From contig CAJFCJ010000092.1 of assembly GCA_904063045.1 (NCBI GenBank), positions 1-64,000 of the forward strand: a stretch of DNA of 64,000 nucleotides, read 5' to 3'. This document shows positions 1 through 13,905 of this stretch, one piece after another. Under the pieces are notes generated by a model. That model made no database searches and was not told the origin of the DNA. It was given only the letters and a program-made list of their open reading frames with translations. The position numbers were made by a program, and so were the translations under genes. Source of the DNA: Dimorphilus gyrociliatus (Eukaryota > Animalia > Annelida). Position 1 is the stretch's first letter; each line of letters begins with the position of its first letter.

Positions 1-1154
1 AGAAAAAGCCAGACCAGGATGTCTCAGCGCTGGTTTCAGTGTCGACCACCGTCGTCGCATAATCATTGTCAATATAAGGTTGATGTAGGGAATTCAAAGA
101 GTATATTCCAGATCTGCTGAAAGTATCCCTTTGAAGACTGTCACCTTGGAATAGGGCTACATTGAAACCCGTTTTTAAAATTGTCATCAATATGTGTTGC
201 TGAGACGTCGTAGTTGAAGTCGCCGTAATTGAAAGAAAGTAGAAGCCATTTTTTTGAATATTTAAAGAATTTGAAGTCGTATTAAATAAATTTCCATTGT
301 CGTGATTGACTTTAGACCACTTCATTCTTCCAGTTTCCACTGAGGTAGTTCTTGTTAAAGATACCATAAATGCCGGATTCTTGTTCAAATTACATGGAGG
401 ATTTGAACAAATCATAATATCAACTGAACTTCCTGGACATTCGTCTCCTCCATTTGAAGGAGGAGGATTTGTGCAGCTTCTACTTCTAAGTCTTACACCG
501 TCTCCGCAGTTTGGATCGCAATCGCTCCAACCCGACCATTCTGACCAACCTCCAGGAGTTGGACACAGTGATTCTTCGGCCGTAACGCATACTCTTGTTG
601 TGCAGTCGCGAACGTTTAACGAAGGACTAAAGAAATAACCGGATGGACATTGCTGCGGCCAAGCAACTCCATTATAACAATGATAATACTGTCGACAATC
701 ATTATTGTTGGGAAATGTTCCATTTCGACCATCGCTGCATTCGTCATTTTTTGAATAGCAAGATTTCTCGAATGTATCTACAACATCGCCTTCCGTTGAG
801 CATTCTGTTGAATAGTCAGATTCAATAATCATTGAAGAATCTCCTCCTGGACAGTCAGCTGCTTCCGGCTCAACGCACAAAGTATACTGGCAATTGGTTA
901 GGGAGACTGTAAAAAAGAGTCCTGGAGGACATTGCTGAGGATGGGCTGTACCATTAATACAATGGTAATATATTCCGCAAAAATCCGGATCAGGGAAGGC
1001 TCCATCAATTGGCCGCAGTTCAGAGTTAAGAGGACAATTGAAATTAGAATAACTTGATCGAACAAATGAGAGCACTGCAAAAAATTGAACACAATGAAAA
1101 AACAAACAAACAAACAAACAACTTACAAACTAAAGAAATGGTTAAACATTTCAT
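1..1154 (-). CDS. Secreted protein: signal peptide + 2 chitin-binding type-2 (CBM14/peritrophin-A) domains + TSP1 repeat + C1q-like domain; 3' end runs off the window
   Basis: Not in the ORF track; translated by hand. Exon 1 1154-1127, GT-AG intron 1126-1075 (52 bp), exon 2 1074 to <1, open throughout. MKCLTISLVLLSFVRSSYS; FPDPDFCGIYYHCINGTAHPQQCPPGLFF; FPNNNDCRQYYHCYNGVAWPQQCPSGYFF; GGWSEWSGWSDCDPNCGDGVRLRSRSCTNPPPSNGGDECPG; NPAFMVSL...NGFYFLSIT...SWSGFF. Confidence 0.85.
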
Positions 1155-1408
1155 TTTCTTTTCTTTTTTAGAATACGGAATTCGAGAAAAACTTTGATTT
1201 ATATTCTAATATTGATAAGATATCACTTTCTTTCTGATAAGAGATTTGAACAACTCAATACGGGACTTTGAACACTCAAAACCTTATCTATAAACAACTA
1301 TATTTGCTTTGTCACGATGTTTTGCATTTTGAATGGGTTGAAATTAGGATTTCTGTACATTTAAGTTTATTTTTTTTAATTTAAAAAATACTGAAAATAA
1401 TGAGTAAA

Positions 1409-4400
1409 TTAAGCAACAGCTTCTTCATATGTTGGTAATTCATTACTTTCAAAAGTTCTTATCTTTGAATTTTCTATCACTTTAGGACTGATTCTCTCCT
1501 CATTTCTTCTTATTTCTGACATTTCGTTACCGGTTGCTCCTTCACTCAAATTTGATACTTCGGGTTCTCTAGAATTACACCTTTTGAACAATAATCTCTT
1601 TATCTGGATTCCGGCGAAAATTGCAGCAACTGTTTACAAAATAGAAAAGTCGTTGTCTATTATATGAATTTGATATGGCTATGGAAGATTTTGAGGTGGT
1701 TTATCTAAGGAGGGCCGCCAGACAATATCTTCCATATAGCCTTTGATAAAGTTACAAATATTACATGTGATGAAAACAGAACCAACGGCAATTCCACCTG
1801 AAATTCCACCCCAAATACTTGACGAGCCACCTTTTCTTAAAAATTTTTTGCATTTCACCGGAATTACGCAGTTCAATTCCCTAAGGATAGTTTTTTGATG
1901 ATATTTCGTATAACACCATGTGCAGTGTTTCAATTTCTTGCAACCCCTGCAAAATGATAAAATATATAGAAATGATTGGTGGGAATAAGATCTATTGATT
2001 AATTAAAGAACAAACTCTTTAGTGTTGCCCAAACATTCTGGTTTTCTTCCGCATAGTCCAGTAGCAGCATTGGAATTACTGGTGAAATTTCTCAATACTT
2101 CAACAGCGCAAATTGGAGTGTTATCTCTGATAAGATGAGAAAAGATGGTGAATATTAAGTATAAATGTATATACAAGTTGTAGTTGAATAGTTCTAAACG
2201 TAACGGCATAGCGTTTATAATAATTGTACGAATCTAAACTTGGCATGTCGCCAAGACTAGTCGTTGCGACCATCGACTATATATAATATATATATACATT
2301 ATACTGTACATATTTAAATTACTTTTGAGCTGATTGGCAAGAGTTTATTTCCTTTGGAATATAGCACGGGCATTGGCATTCGACATTTCTTAAACAATCT
2401 GCCATTTCCGGTTGACAAACTGAGCAATGGTTTTCATATGACTTCTCTTCATTTCTATCAATGATTATTAAAAGTGCATTTGTATTTCTTATCCTTTGAA
2501 TAGTAAAAAATTTTCCTTGGTATTTGTCATTCTTAAACGTAACCTAAAATTCAAGCATATTGAACAAATTGGAAAGAAAAAAAGAAGATTGCTTACTCTC
2601 CAGTACAATTGATATCTAAACGTTAAGATGTTAAAGCATTGGCTTTTCTGTAGAATTTCTGCAGATACGAGCTGGGTTGATAGCCTAGGTTCTAATGAAA
2701 TAATATGCTGATAATGGCTTATACTATTAGGATTTTTCGCTCCTCTTTGATAACTAATCATTAAACCACTCTCATCTATCATTAAACAACTATATTGGTC
2801 AAGTTGGCATTTCGGCACTAATTTAACTATTGTGTAATAGAAATAGCCCATGTTAACTTCCAATCCAACAACTCCAAGAGTATTATCGTCAGCTGTATGT
2901 TGTCTGTTACGGCGGCCTTCGTATACCACGTGACTCAATGTGTTAACCCAATTGACATTGATATTATCCCGTTGAATTGGAGATATTACTATTTTCCCCT
3001 TGTAGAACATTGACTTCTTGTACCAAGGTTGGTGTGTTGGGGAGAATATATTGGGTAATTCAAATCCTGGTAGGGATTTAAATAGACCAGTTTTCGAACC
3101 AAAAAATTTAAAATTATATGGTGTTTGGTAATTATTATCCAATTGAGACCATATTTTATCAAGTCTATCGCTGATACCGAATGATGGAATAATTTGATTT
3201 TTGAACAAGGAATTCTCAGTGTGACCATTTATAACATTTTTATATGATTGCACCCTGCTATAAGACTCAAAGGTGTTCAAGTATTCAAAAGGATCAACAA
3301 AACTCTCTGGAGCAAGTTTTGTAGTGCTCGTATTTCTTAAAATTACTGTACCTCTGTATGGACAACCAAGTCTAATCTTATGATAATCGAATGGATAATC
3401 CGAAAATTTATATTCAACATCCAACAGATAATCCTTTTCAGTTACAACAAAACAAATCTTATATCCAAATTCTTTAGTCATAATCCAATAATAATTCGAC
3501 GCTACGCTGTCCACATCTATCCCTTCGTATAAAGAATTTCCACGAGATTTTATTCGCTGCGTTACTGCTGCAAATGATCCTTCTTTTGAACTAAAAGTAT
3601 GATAAACTTATGAACTATTTCTCCCTGTTTAAAGCAATACCTTATCATTTGATGAATTTGACTAGATGAAAGCTGAGGTTCAAGCAGATTAAATGTTAAA
3701 TAAGTCAAATCATTAAAAATATGAATTGACGAAGGCAATAGAGGATGAGATAGCGCTCTGTTCATTGAATCAATTACCATTGGATAAGAAGATAGTTGAC
3801 TACTAGTAAAAGTTTCAATATCTGAAAATATATCTGAAAAACTGACATCAATTCGAGCAACCCCAATAAATCCATAAATCCATATAGGACTACATAACGA
3901 AACTAAAACACCTTGGGATTTATCATAAACTGGGGAGGTGATAAGAGTTTCTCTATTTTGACTACTAGATTCTAAATACTTGTAGTAGATGGCCAATTCA
4001 GATTTTAGGTCTGTAGCGTTCAAAACGTGTTTGAACATTCCTTGCTGTCTTGAAGTGGGAGTATTTTTTGTATTTTCAAACTTCTGGGTTGAAACTTCTT
4101 TCAAAAATGTCAGCGTTTTATTATGGAAGTCTGCAAGCGTGTCGGTTGGTTTTATTTTAACCGTCATTAGTTGAAAGGATGAGTTCTATTATCGTTACTT
4201 ACTATTGCCAATAGCATACGTAAAAATAGGAATACTGTTTGAAAGGTGAAGGTTGGACTGTTTAAAAAACTGTTCAACAGTTGAAATATCAGAATGTGGT
4301 GTTGTATACGTCAGGAAAATAATGAGTTTTTCTAAAAGCAGAATTTTATATATAATTTTAAATGAACTTAATTAAATTTAAAATAGAGAGCGACCTCTAG

Positions 4401-5532
4401 TTCCAATATTTGACACTTTAGGTGTAGGAGACGAAGAAAATAGAGAGAAAGTTGTATTAAATGCATCAATGTAGTTTGTAGTTCCCAGAGGATTGAGTTG
4501 ATTAATGAACTTGTGAAATAGTTTCTTATTGTTTGGTGTGACAAAGTGCAACTTACTACCATTACAATGTTCACCAGCCAATGGAGAAACTATACTAGAA
4601 CTAGACATGGCAACTAATGACAATCTATCATTGTCAGTTAGAGTATTAATTAGAGTCTGTATCGCCTCAACCTGATACCATTGTATCTTTCGACCTTGAA
4701 CTCTATCACCCGTCTTTGCTACGTATTTAATTAGAAGAAAAAAAGGATTAATGATATGTATTAATTGTGCTTAATTTAAACCTGAATTATCAAAGATTAA
4801 TACTATATCCTTTCCGTTGCGATTGGTTACCTGAGCATACCAGGACTGGTATCTGGGGTCATCTTCTTTTTTCCATTGGATATTTGAAGAGGATATTAGA
4901 ATAAGACCTTCTTCAGTGCCAATATATTGAGATTTAATAAATTCGTATTTCCTCAAATTAGCTTTAATCAAACGAGTTACCTCAACAGGTGGAGTTTTAA
5001 CAAAGTTCGAATTCTTCCTTTTTAAAATACATATATTATCGCTCCTAGATGTTTGAATATTACAACTATCACTTAAATTCTTCGTTTCGTAGAATAAATA
5101 ATAGTTATCACTGAAAATTCTCTTCAAATCACCTAGGGCTAGTTTTCTTTCATCCAATTTTCTTTCAACTGATTTTACCAACTTTTCAAAAATTTTACAC
5201 TTTCAATTGTTTACATAGATACATGAAAATTTGAAAATATTACTTTATTGAGTACTTGCTCACTATTTCGTTTATCCAATAAGCTCTTTTTATAAATTAT
5301 ATTGCTTTCCTCGTCCAAGTAATTCTATAAAACCACGTGATACATAGGCCTTATTTATTTATTTAAATATCGACGAATTTGACAATAAATCATACTGTAC
5401 CTGATAGAATTTTAGCCCGAGTTTATTGTTAATAAAACTGTCTATGATGTCAGCGATTTTTGTTACATCACATTTTATCATCACTATGGCTACCGATAAA
5501 ACAATTACAATGTTTAGAAGCGGTTTTTTCAT
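1409..5532 (-). CDS. CACHD1: VWA and Cache domain-containing type-I membrane protein (CACHD1 / alpha2delta-like), multi-exon
   Basis: Signal peptide MKKPLLNIVIVLSVAIVMIKC (ATG 5532). DPRYQSWY then VWA KDIVLIFDNSG...NPLGTTNYIDAF; Cache-region motifs (CSPIWIYGFIGVARIDV, CLMIDESGLMISY); Cys-rich ECQCPCY and CKKLKHCTWC; TM segment IWGGISGGIAVGSVFIT; tail ending LPTYEEAVA (stop 1409). Confidence 0.85.
2179..2281. mobile_element. Short MITE-like element in a CACHD1 intron, related to the element at 41995-42241
   Basis: Ends TGTAGTTGAA...CATCGACTATA beside (TA)n. Its reverse complement (tagtcgatggtcgcaacgactagtcttggc...gccaa) matches the left end of the 41995 element (tagtcgatgggtgcatcgcctaaatttggc...gccaa). 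Confidence 0.5.
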
Positions 5533-5627
5533 TGTAGAAAAATTGTAATTAAAAGAGTATTTTAGAATGAGCTTTAGTCTGTTGTAGAATATGAAGATCA
5601 ATAAGATAATATAGCGCCCCTAGACTG

Positions 5628-5635
5628 TGACGTCA
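5628..5635. promoter_or_regulatory. Palindromic CRE/ATF-type site TGACGTCA about 95 bp upstream of the CACHD1-like start
   Basis: Perfect TGACGTCA in a locally GC-richer patch of very AT-rich DNA. Function untested; an 8-mer can occur by chance. Confidence 0.25.
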
Positions 5636-5895
5636 TAGCAAGGAAAAACAAGGCATGAATCAGTGGTTGCTTTAAGCTGTCATTATTTTCTTTTTTAAAA
5701 TTTGATTTTTTTCTCATAGACATGATGAATTTTCAACCTCTTTACAAACATAAAACCATCAGAGAAATCAGGACAAAATTTGTAATTCTTCTCAAAATTC
5801 TTATCCAAAGTTGCCATTATCAAATGATATTTGTTTACAATTAATAAACTATTCACAAAGGGCTATAAACCCAACAGTCCAGTAACTGTTTTGTA

Positions 5896-6672
5896 AGATT
5901 GGATGTTAGTAATAAAGAGATCCAAATGTTCCCTAACAATAGAGTTTAGTAAGCTTTTTATTATAAATACTTGTAGTTAACTGCAAATTGGAAATATCCT
6001 TTTGCCTTCTGCAATCTAATAACCTCAGGGCAATTTTACTTTTGGACAGGTTCAGTATTACTTTTGAATACAGTTACATTATTCTTGCCAATTGGTTCTA
6101 TATTCATCTTCTCTTAGTTCTTTATCTCTTCCAAATGGCTTACTCCTACTTACTCAAGAAAGTACAATTATGGCGCAGTGAAAAGGATTCTCATCTTAAA
6201 ATGGCTAGTACAGTAAACGACCCCGCTACCGGTAAAACAAGTAAAGATGACAAGAAAATTAGTGCTAAAAAGCAAGAATATATGAAGAGAACAAAGAATT
6301 TTGGTGGAACTATTCATGAGCAGAATGTTTCATTAACTTTTCCTGCAAACTCCTCTATGTATGAAAATTCAAGTAGTCACAAAATGCAAGCTGACAGTTC
6401 AAGTGTATACAAATGTCTCAAGAATTAGGGGACAGAGGACAACAGAACAAGTAGCAATGCAATTTGATGCATTGCAAACCACAATGGCCACTTTACTACT
6501 GGACGTTGATGATTACACAAATACTACATTACTGAAACCATATTCAGGAAAAGAGGAAATCTCAATTTTTTGGAAAACACTTCAGAACAGCTACAGATAT
6601 AAGTCTACAAAAGTTTTTCAAAATTCTATGATTAGTATCATTTCATTTCAAGTAAAAAAGTCTATATTCTGA
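5896..6672 (+). mobile_element. Degraded LTR retrotransposon 5' end: putative LTR, primer-binding site and gag remnant
   Basis: TGGCGCAGTGAAAAGGATTC at 6171-6190 follows ...GTACA and resembles the complement of a tRNA-Ser 3' end. An ORF starts at 6201 (MASTVND) and is frameshifted into ...LLKPYSGKEEISIFWKTLQ, which is gag-like. The LTR left edge is approximate. Confidence 0.5.
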
Positions 6673-8530
6673 ATTTAGCCCATAAAACAGAACATACAGT
6701 TTTTCCTTCTGTTTTGTCCTTGACCCTTAATTAGGCTTTAGCCTAGAAAATAATGAATGAAATTGAGTTTTTCCCAGCCGTAAATATGTTTAAAACTTTC
6801 TCAAGTATATTTCATCAAATGATTTATTTTTATTGTACAAAGTGGTGTTACCTTGTGATCCAAACAGCAAAATAAATAAAAATTTATAAAGAAAAGTGAC
6901 TCAAAGTAAGCATTTTTATTTGTGGTTTAAAGATTGTCACTTATCAGTAAATAGGACTGAAATAAAAATCAATTCTCTGCTATTTAGATAATTGGTTTTT
7001 TGATAGTGATTTAAATTGTGAATTTTATTCTTTAATTTGCTTCTTTTTGAATAATGAGAGAAATTCATTTCTAAATTTTCTTCCACTATACTAGTCCATC
7101 GGTATCTCTGGAAATGAGGGATAATAGCTTGAATTATTCATAATTCTTTTCCTTTCTCTGCTCTCCTTTTAACTCTCCAATAGTAGTTTGAAAATAACTA
7201 CTGCTGGTACATACAAACTCAATTCAAAAACTAAATAAGACATATTAGTTTCATTTAAAAAAACACTAACATGTAACTATCTTTTGTTGGAACGTGGCAA
7301 GTAAAGAGATGGGAAGGTGTGGTTCATTTTTAATACCCGACACAAAAATTCGTGAAAGAATAGCCTGTCAAATGCGCAACGATTGATCATTATCTTTTGT
7401 GAATTTTTAAATACTGCATATTTTGACAATGATATCCAATAGAAAAAAAGTGAGAATAATTTCAATAGTTGAATAAAATGAATTAATATTTTTTGTTGTT
7501 TTTAAATTTATATAATGAAATTACTTTTCTTAAAATATCCAAATATCCCAGAGAAAATTACTCCTGCTATCAGTTATCATTTAGAAAAAACAGCACAGTC
7601 TACAACTTATTCTTTAAGTAACTTTGACAAACTACAAACGTAAATCTAGCGGGTAATACTCTAAAAGAAGTAAATGGTTTGTAGTTTGAATCATAAATTG
7701 CCTAATAATGTTATAACCCATTTTTTGACAGGAAAAAAAAAAGGTTTTATGAACTTTATATCAAAAAAGATAAATAAAGTTCGAAAATAAACGACTATCA
7801 TCAGATATTTTTATACGTTTTGTTATCTTTATATAACAAAATAGTACATTTTTCTAGGAATCTTCTTTATTCTTGGTGTGAAAACGACGACATTTTCTTT
7901 TTTTGCTAAATAAGACAATTTTTGCTTCAATGACTCATTTTTTAATTGTTTAAATAATATATGAAATGTAAGTAGAGATAATAGGTCTTTTTTTTGTTTC
8001 GTGATATTTCTGCAGGCTTGCATTTATTTAAATGAAAACAATAATCTACTTTCTTTAGGAGCATTTTCATTGACCCAATTGTTTATCACTATTGATGTCA
8101 TACGAGTTTTTTGATTACAAGTTAATAATAAATATCTAAGGCGTATTTTTAGTAATATATTTTTGTTTTTTCTTATCAGCATTTATGGCTTTAAATTGAT
8201 AAAGTTTTTTTAAGACAATCAGATAAAGGTTGTGACTGTTGTCGGCTGTATAGAAATGTGTTAAAGCACTAATTTTTTTCTATATTTTCACATAATTTTT
8301 CTATCACAGACGAAAAAGGATCAAACAGGTAAGTGTTAAAAGTTCCTTTTTGCGACCTAAATTAAATTTTCGTCTCTCTTTTCCTGTGTTTTTCATTCAT
8401 AAACAATCTTGAATTATTCTTTTATCTATTTCATGATATACAGTATATATATATAAACAAGAAAAAATCAGCTTTTAATTATTGATAAACTTATCTACTT
8501 TTCCCATTGTTTAATAGCCATAAAAAAGAA

Positions 8531-11500
8531 ATGTCCCACATCAATCCATTTTTGAGTATTTATAAGAATGAAATAAAAGATATTTTGGATTTCAAGCAAA
8601 ACGATTTATTGAATGAACTTTTACGAAACGGCTGTATTGCATCATCTTTTGAAAATATTTACAATTGCAAAACTGAAATAGTAGGAGATAAGATTCTCAG
8701 CCTAAATACGGAAGACTTTTTACGGGTTTTAAGCAGCGTTAATCATCCTCTATCTACCCAACTTCATTATAGGATTGTAACCACTTTTTCTAATTTAATA
8801 AATGTAGTTAAGCAGAGAATTAGAGAAAAAATTACAAGTATCAACATTCTTCCTTTCTGGAGTGGAAAATCTGTTAATATTAAATTTGAAAATATTCAAG
8901 TTCCTTTGAAGGTTTTTGCATCAACAAATAAACATTTTGAAGTGGGAAATATTCTACATGAAATCAATATGTTTACAGGATTAGAGAAAAAAGATCGACT
9001 TTTGATATTCGGTGAAACCGGAAAAGGGAAAACATTTCAATGTTTAAGAATTTTAAATCATTGGTCGTTTAGTCGAATTTGTTTGGATTTTCTATTTCTT
9101 CATTTAAAAGTAACAGATTTGTTGCCCACAGAAACTATTTATGATACTTTGATAAAGCAAAATTTTCCGGAAGATACCCTATATTTTAGGAATGTTTTAA
9201 AATATTATCTTGAAGATAACACAAGCGGAAATATAAAAATCATTCTACTTGTTGAAGATTTAGATGAATTGTATAAAACCAGCTTGAATGACTCAGAGAT
9301 AATTCAAAAGTTGGAAATGTTTCCTCACATTCTTATCTGTTGGACTCGAACTCATAGAATTGATAGAATGATTCGAAATTTTAATATAACATTGGAAATC
9401 CTGGGATTTGCTGATGACGATATTAGAGCTTTCTTCTTGAAATTCTTTTCCGAAATGGATGATAATAACAGAAAAGAAACGCTCTATCATTATTTGAAAG
9501 GAGAAAAGCCAACATTTTTTCAAATGTGCTTTAATCCTTTTTTTGCAACTTTGTTTGCAGCTATTTGGGAAAATTTGAAAATTATACCAGATAATAAATA
9601 TTTAGCTATTGAAGAAGCAACAAATATCCTTTTGAAAAGATGCGGTTTAATCCCTAAGACTAAGGATTATTGCGAAATTATTAAGTACATCGGGAAACAA
9701 TGCCTAGAATTTATTCTTAATAACAAGCCTATGACCTGTAATCATATCATTGAATCAACTAATAATCTTGGAGGACTTGTCTTCCTTAAAACCTTTAATC
9801 TGAAGAATCAAATTTTATGTAAAGAATACGAATTTCTACATTTTTCTTTTCACGAATATTTTACGGCTAAATACTTGATAGAATTCTTTAAAACTACAAA
9901 GGAAGATGGCGAAAAAGAAGATATTTTAGAATCTCTTTCCTCGATTAAAAATATAATCAAACTTAAAAATATCTTTGAATTTATTAACGTTCTAGATCGC
10001 CAATTATATTTACTGATAACGCAGAACAAAGAGTCTTTTTCATTCTTTCAAGACGATTCCCATTATCATTTAGTAGAGAAATTAAGATTAAATAATTCAA
10101 GCATGGAAGTATCCCACTTGGAGAATTGTAAGGCTTCGAATGTATTATTTAAATTTATTCTATCGAAATATTCTTCAAAATTTACGACTTTAATTTTAAG
10201 AAATGTTTTCTTTGACGATTTCTTCTTTATCATGGCATTTACTAATGAACTTGAAAAGTTAAAAATTCTCTTTGATACCAAATTTGAAAAGTATATTTCA
10301 TATATGGATATTTTTGTCTTTTTATCAAGATTTAATAATTTTAAAAAATTGACTTTGAAAAATGTTAATCTAATTTTTCCCAAAAACTTTAATCCAAGCA
10401 GTGAAATGTCAGTTTGGAAAAAGCTTCATTTACAAAAATGTAAATTTTACGAAACTGGCGAAAATTACGGCTATACTGAGATTAGTTCTCCTTTTTCTCC
10501 TTTTCAAAGTAAGTTTCTTATTTTTCCAATAAAGATTTTCATATTATTAGAAAACACATTCAATTTTTCATGAAGGTGGAACAATAGTTGACTTTCAAAG
10601 AAGAATATCAAAAGAGAAAACAATAGAATCATTAACACTTTTCAACTATTCTCGAGAAGTGAACAATTCTTTAGTATCGTATAAAATGAGCTGTCAAGGA
10701 TTAACAGAGATTGTTATCTATTGCGATGTAGCCGAATTAAAAGACTTTCAATTATTTATATCAGCCACTGCCGACAATTTGGTACACCTTAAGAAGCTGA
10801 AAATAAAAAATTGTTATCATTCCATTAATGGAGATGCTATATCTTTAGTTTTGAAACGAAACGAACAACTAGAAACTTTAGAATTACTTGGAATTGTAAT
10901 CACTGAAAGAAACAATTACGCCTTTATTCGTAGTCTAGCAGAATTGAAATGTTTAAAGAAATTAAAACTTCCTAAAATAGAATATCAACAGACCGTTTCC
11001 AAATATGAAAAAAGGATAAAAATTAGCTTTACAATAAAATTTTCACTTACAAAATTTGCGGTAGGTTACACATATTTTTCAAACAATACTGCAAATCAAT
11101 TTCTACAAGACGTTTTGGAAAATTCCACTGAAATTAAGAAATTAAATATACAAAATGAAAGTTGTAATTTCGAAAAGGATTTTTTGGAAAGTTTTATTAT
11201 AAAGAATAAAAAGTCTTTGGTGAATTTAAAAATTTCATCAAAAAATTTGAATTTTCAAGTTGATGAATTTTTTTTTCTAATTTCAAAACATTTAAAAAAC
11301 AGCCAGAATTTGAAATTAAATTTTCAATGGAATAATTACAATTATGAAATATTATTCAAAATATTATTTTCAAAGGCATTCGATTCACTTAGAGTCGTTA
11401 GTCATGGCGAATTTCAAAGAGATTTCATTAATCAGCAAATTTGCATTAATCAAATTTCAAATGTTAAAGAATTATATTTGAATGGATGTTGTCTATCTTC

Positions 11501-13733
11501 AAGCTTTCTAGATATTTTTAATTGTAATTTAAAGAAAATACCTTTTCTTAAAGTTTTGGATATTTCTAAAAATGATTTCACGAATGATTCATCGTTAAAA
11601 TTTTTTCGTAATATTAATTTATTGGAAATGAATATTGAAATTCTTTTGTTCTATGCTCAAAAGAATGTTACAAACGAAATTCTACTTTGTCTCGTTCAAA
11701 CTTTAAAAGAGAATAGAAAGTTGAAAATTCTTAATTCTTCTAGAAATAATTTTGAAAAATCGTTCTTATTTCAAGATGATTTTGTTAATTCTAAAGAATT
11801 CAATTTAGAAAGTTCACTGAGAATTTATAATCATTATAAATGTCTACTTCTCAATGGAAAATGTAATATTTACAGTGATAAGCCCGAAACGACTCTTATC
11901 TTCAATTCTATTGGTTTAAAAATTAACGAATTATGCTTAAATAACATTTGTATACCAGTTCAATTTTTAAAGAATATCCTCAAGGATAATCATTATATAA
12001 AAGAATTATTTATTAACAATTGCGATATTTCGCAAGAATCCAGCGAATATTTGGGTAGGTTAATAAGATATCAGAATGACCTCAAATTTATAGCTTTCAT
12101 TAAAGTGGATTTATCAGCTAGTATCGGAGAAAATCTATTTTACAATTATCCTTCAAAGTGTTGCAACTTAATTACATTACGACTCGATGATTGTATTCTT
12201 TCAAATGATATGTCTGTCTATTTGGGAAAATTCTTGGAATATCAGACCGATCTGAATGAATTGTGCTTAACTTCGGCCTCTTTACTATCAGACATTGGCA
12301 AAAACATCTTTCTGAGTAATACCTTAAACTTGAATGGTATAGCACATTTGAATTTAAGTTATTGTAAATTATCTCCTATAGGAGCAGAATGCGTTGGAAA
12401 TTTTATAGGAAGCTCACCAAACCTAAAAATTTTAGACCTATCTTCCGTCAATATGTTGGATGATATTGGTAAAATAATTTTTAAAACTTTTTCTCAAGGA
12501 TGTAATCTACTGGAAATTAATTTAAGTAATTGCCAATTTTCCTACGACTCATCTATATATGTAGGCCTATTTATTGCGCAACAACTGCGATTGAAGACAT
12601 TAAATTTGCAATCAGTAAATTTTAGGGAAGGAATTGGAAGAAATTTACTTGGAGGAGTTCCATTAGGGTTGTGTGGAATTGAAGTAATAAATTTAAAAAA
12701 TTCAGTCATTTGCGAAGAAACCGCCTATTATCTAGGATTGTTACTTTCACATCAAACACAATTGAAATCTCTTAATTTAGAATATAATAATCTTTCAGGA
12801 AAGATTGGAATGAATGTCTTTTTATACGAAGGACAGCCAAAGAGAGATGTTAATTTTGAAATAAACTTAAAGCAAAGCATCTTTTCTGCAGAGAGCGTAC
12901 ATTGTTTAGGAAAATTTATTGGATTATATAGTCATATATCGTCCCTGAATTTAAGCCTATTGGATTTATCATGTGGAATAGGTAACCATTTATTTAAAAA
13001 TATGAATTTCGAACAATCTATAATGGATAATCTGGATTTGTCTTATTGTAAATTGTCTTTTGATTTCGTTGAAAGTTTTGTTACGTTTTTTGATAGTCTT
13101 TCAAAGATTAATGAACTCGACTGGAGTAATGTAGACTTATCAGATACAACAGGAGTTTCCCTATTTTCCAATCTTACTTCCCGTTCCGTGCGAGTTGTCT
13201 ACATGAATTGTGATAATTGCGTTATTTGTAGTAAAATGTCCAAATATTTCGGTGCTTTTATTGAACAATGTAATTTATCTGCCCTATCATTAAGATCGGT
13301 AGACTTGTCTGGAGAAAGAGGAAAAACTCTGTTCGAGGGTATAAGTTCAAAATGTTGCAATATAACTGATCTATTCCTAAGCGAATGTAAGTTTTCCACA
13401 GATATGTCGTTCTTTTTAGGACAATTTATAGGATATCAAACGAAATTAAGAACATTGGAAATGACTGGAACGGATTTATCTGATGATATAGGAAAGAACA
13501 TATTTGAAAATATTTCACAAAGATGCTTCAAGATAATTTCTCTCAATATAAGCAATTGTAAATTTTCTTCCAATATGACTGACTATCTGACTAAGGCTTT
13601 AGATATGAATAGTGAATTATGGGTAGTCAATTTATCATCAACAGATTTAACATTCAATGGTGGAAAACATGTCATTGAGAAATTATCTTCATCTTTTATA
13701 AAAAATGTAGATTTAACTAATTGTACCTTTTAA
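8531..13733 (+). CDS. NLR-type innate immune receptor 1: putative CARD/death-fold + NACHT + ribonuclease-inhibitor-like LRRs
   Basis: Walker A GETGKGKT, Walker B IILLVEDLDE, CFNPFFATL, YEFLHFSFHEYFTAKYL. The two ORFs join through a phase-1 GT-AG intron 10509-10575 (67 bp). A 5'UTR donor at 8329 points to ATG 8531. Degenerate ~57-aa LRR pairs occupy the C-terminal half. Confidence 0.9.
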
Positions 13734-13905
13734 AAATAGTGTGTATGTATGCATGTACATTTTGTATTATTTCTTACCAGTTTATAGTTGGTTTTAAATT
13801 TCAAAAATAAAAGAGAAAATTAGATGATAGACCATTTAATGAAACACTCTGTTTTGTATTTTCTTGTATATTCACAGAAAATATTCCAAGAACATTTTTA
13901 TGTTT

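Noticed and set aside
10509-10575. Apparent frameshift or pseudogenisation between consecutive NLR ORFs (also 34603-34663)
   Set aside because: Canonical GT-AG introns of 67 and 61 bp restore the frame in both genes.
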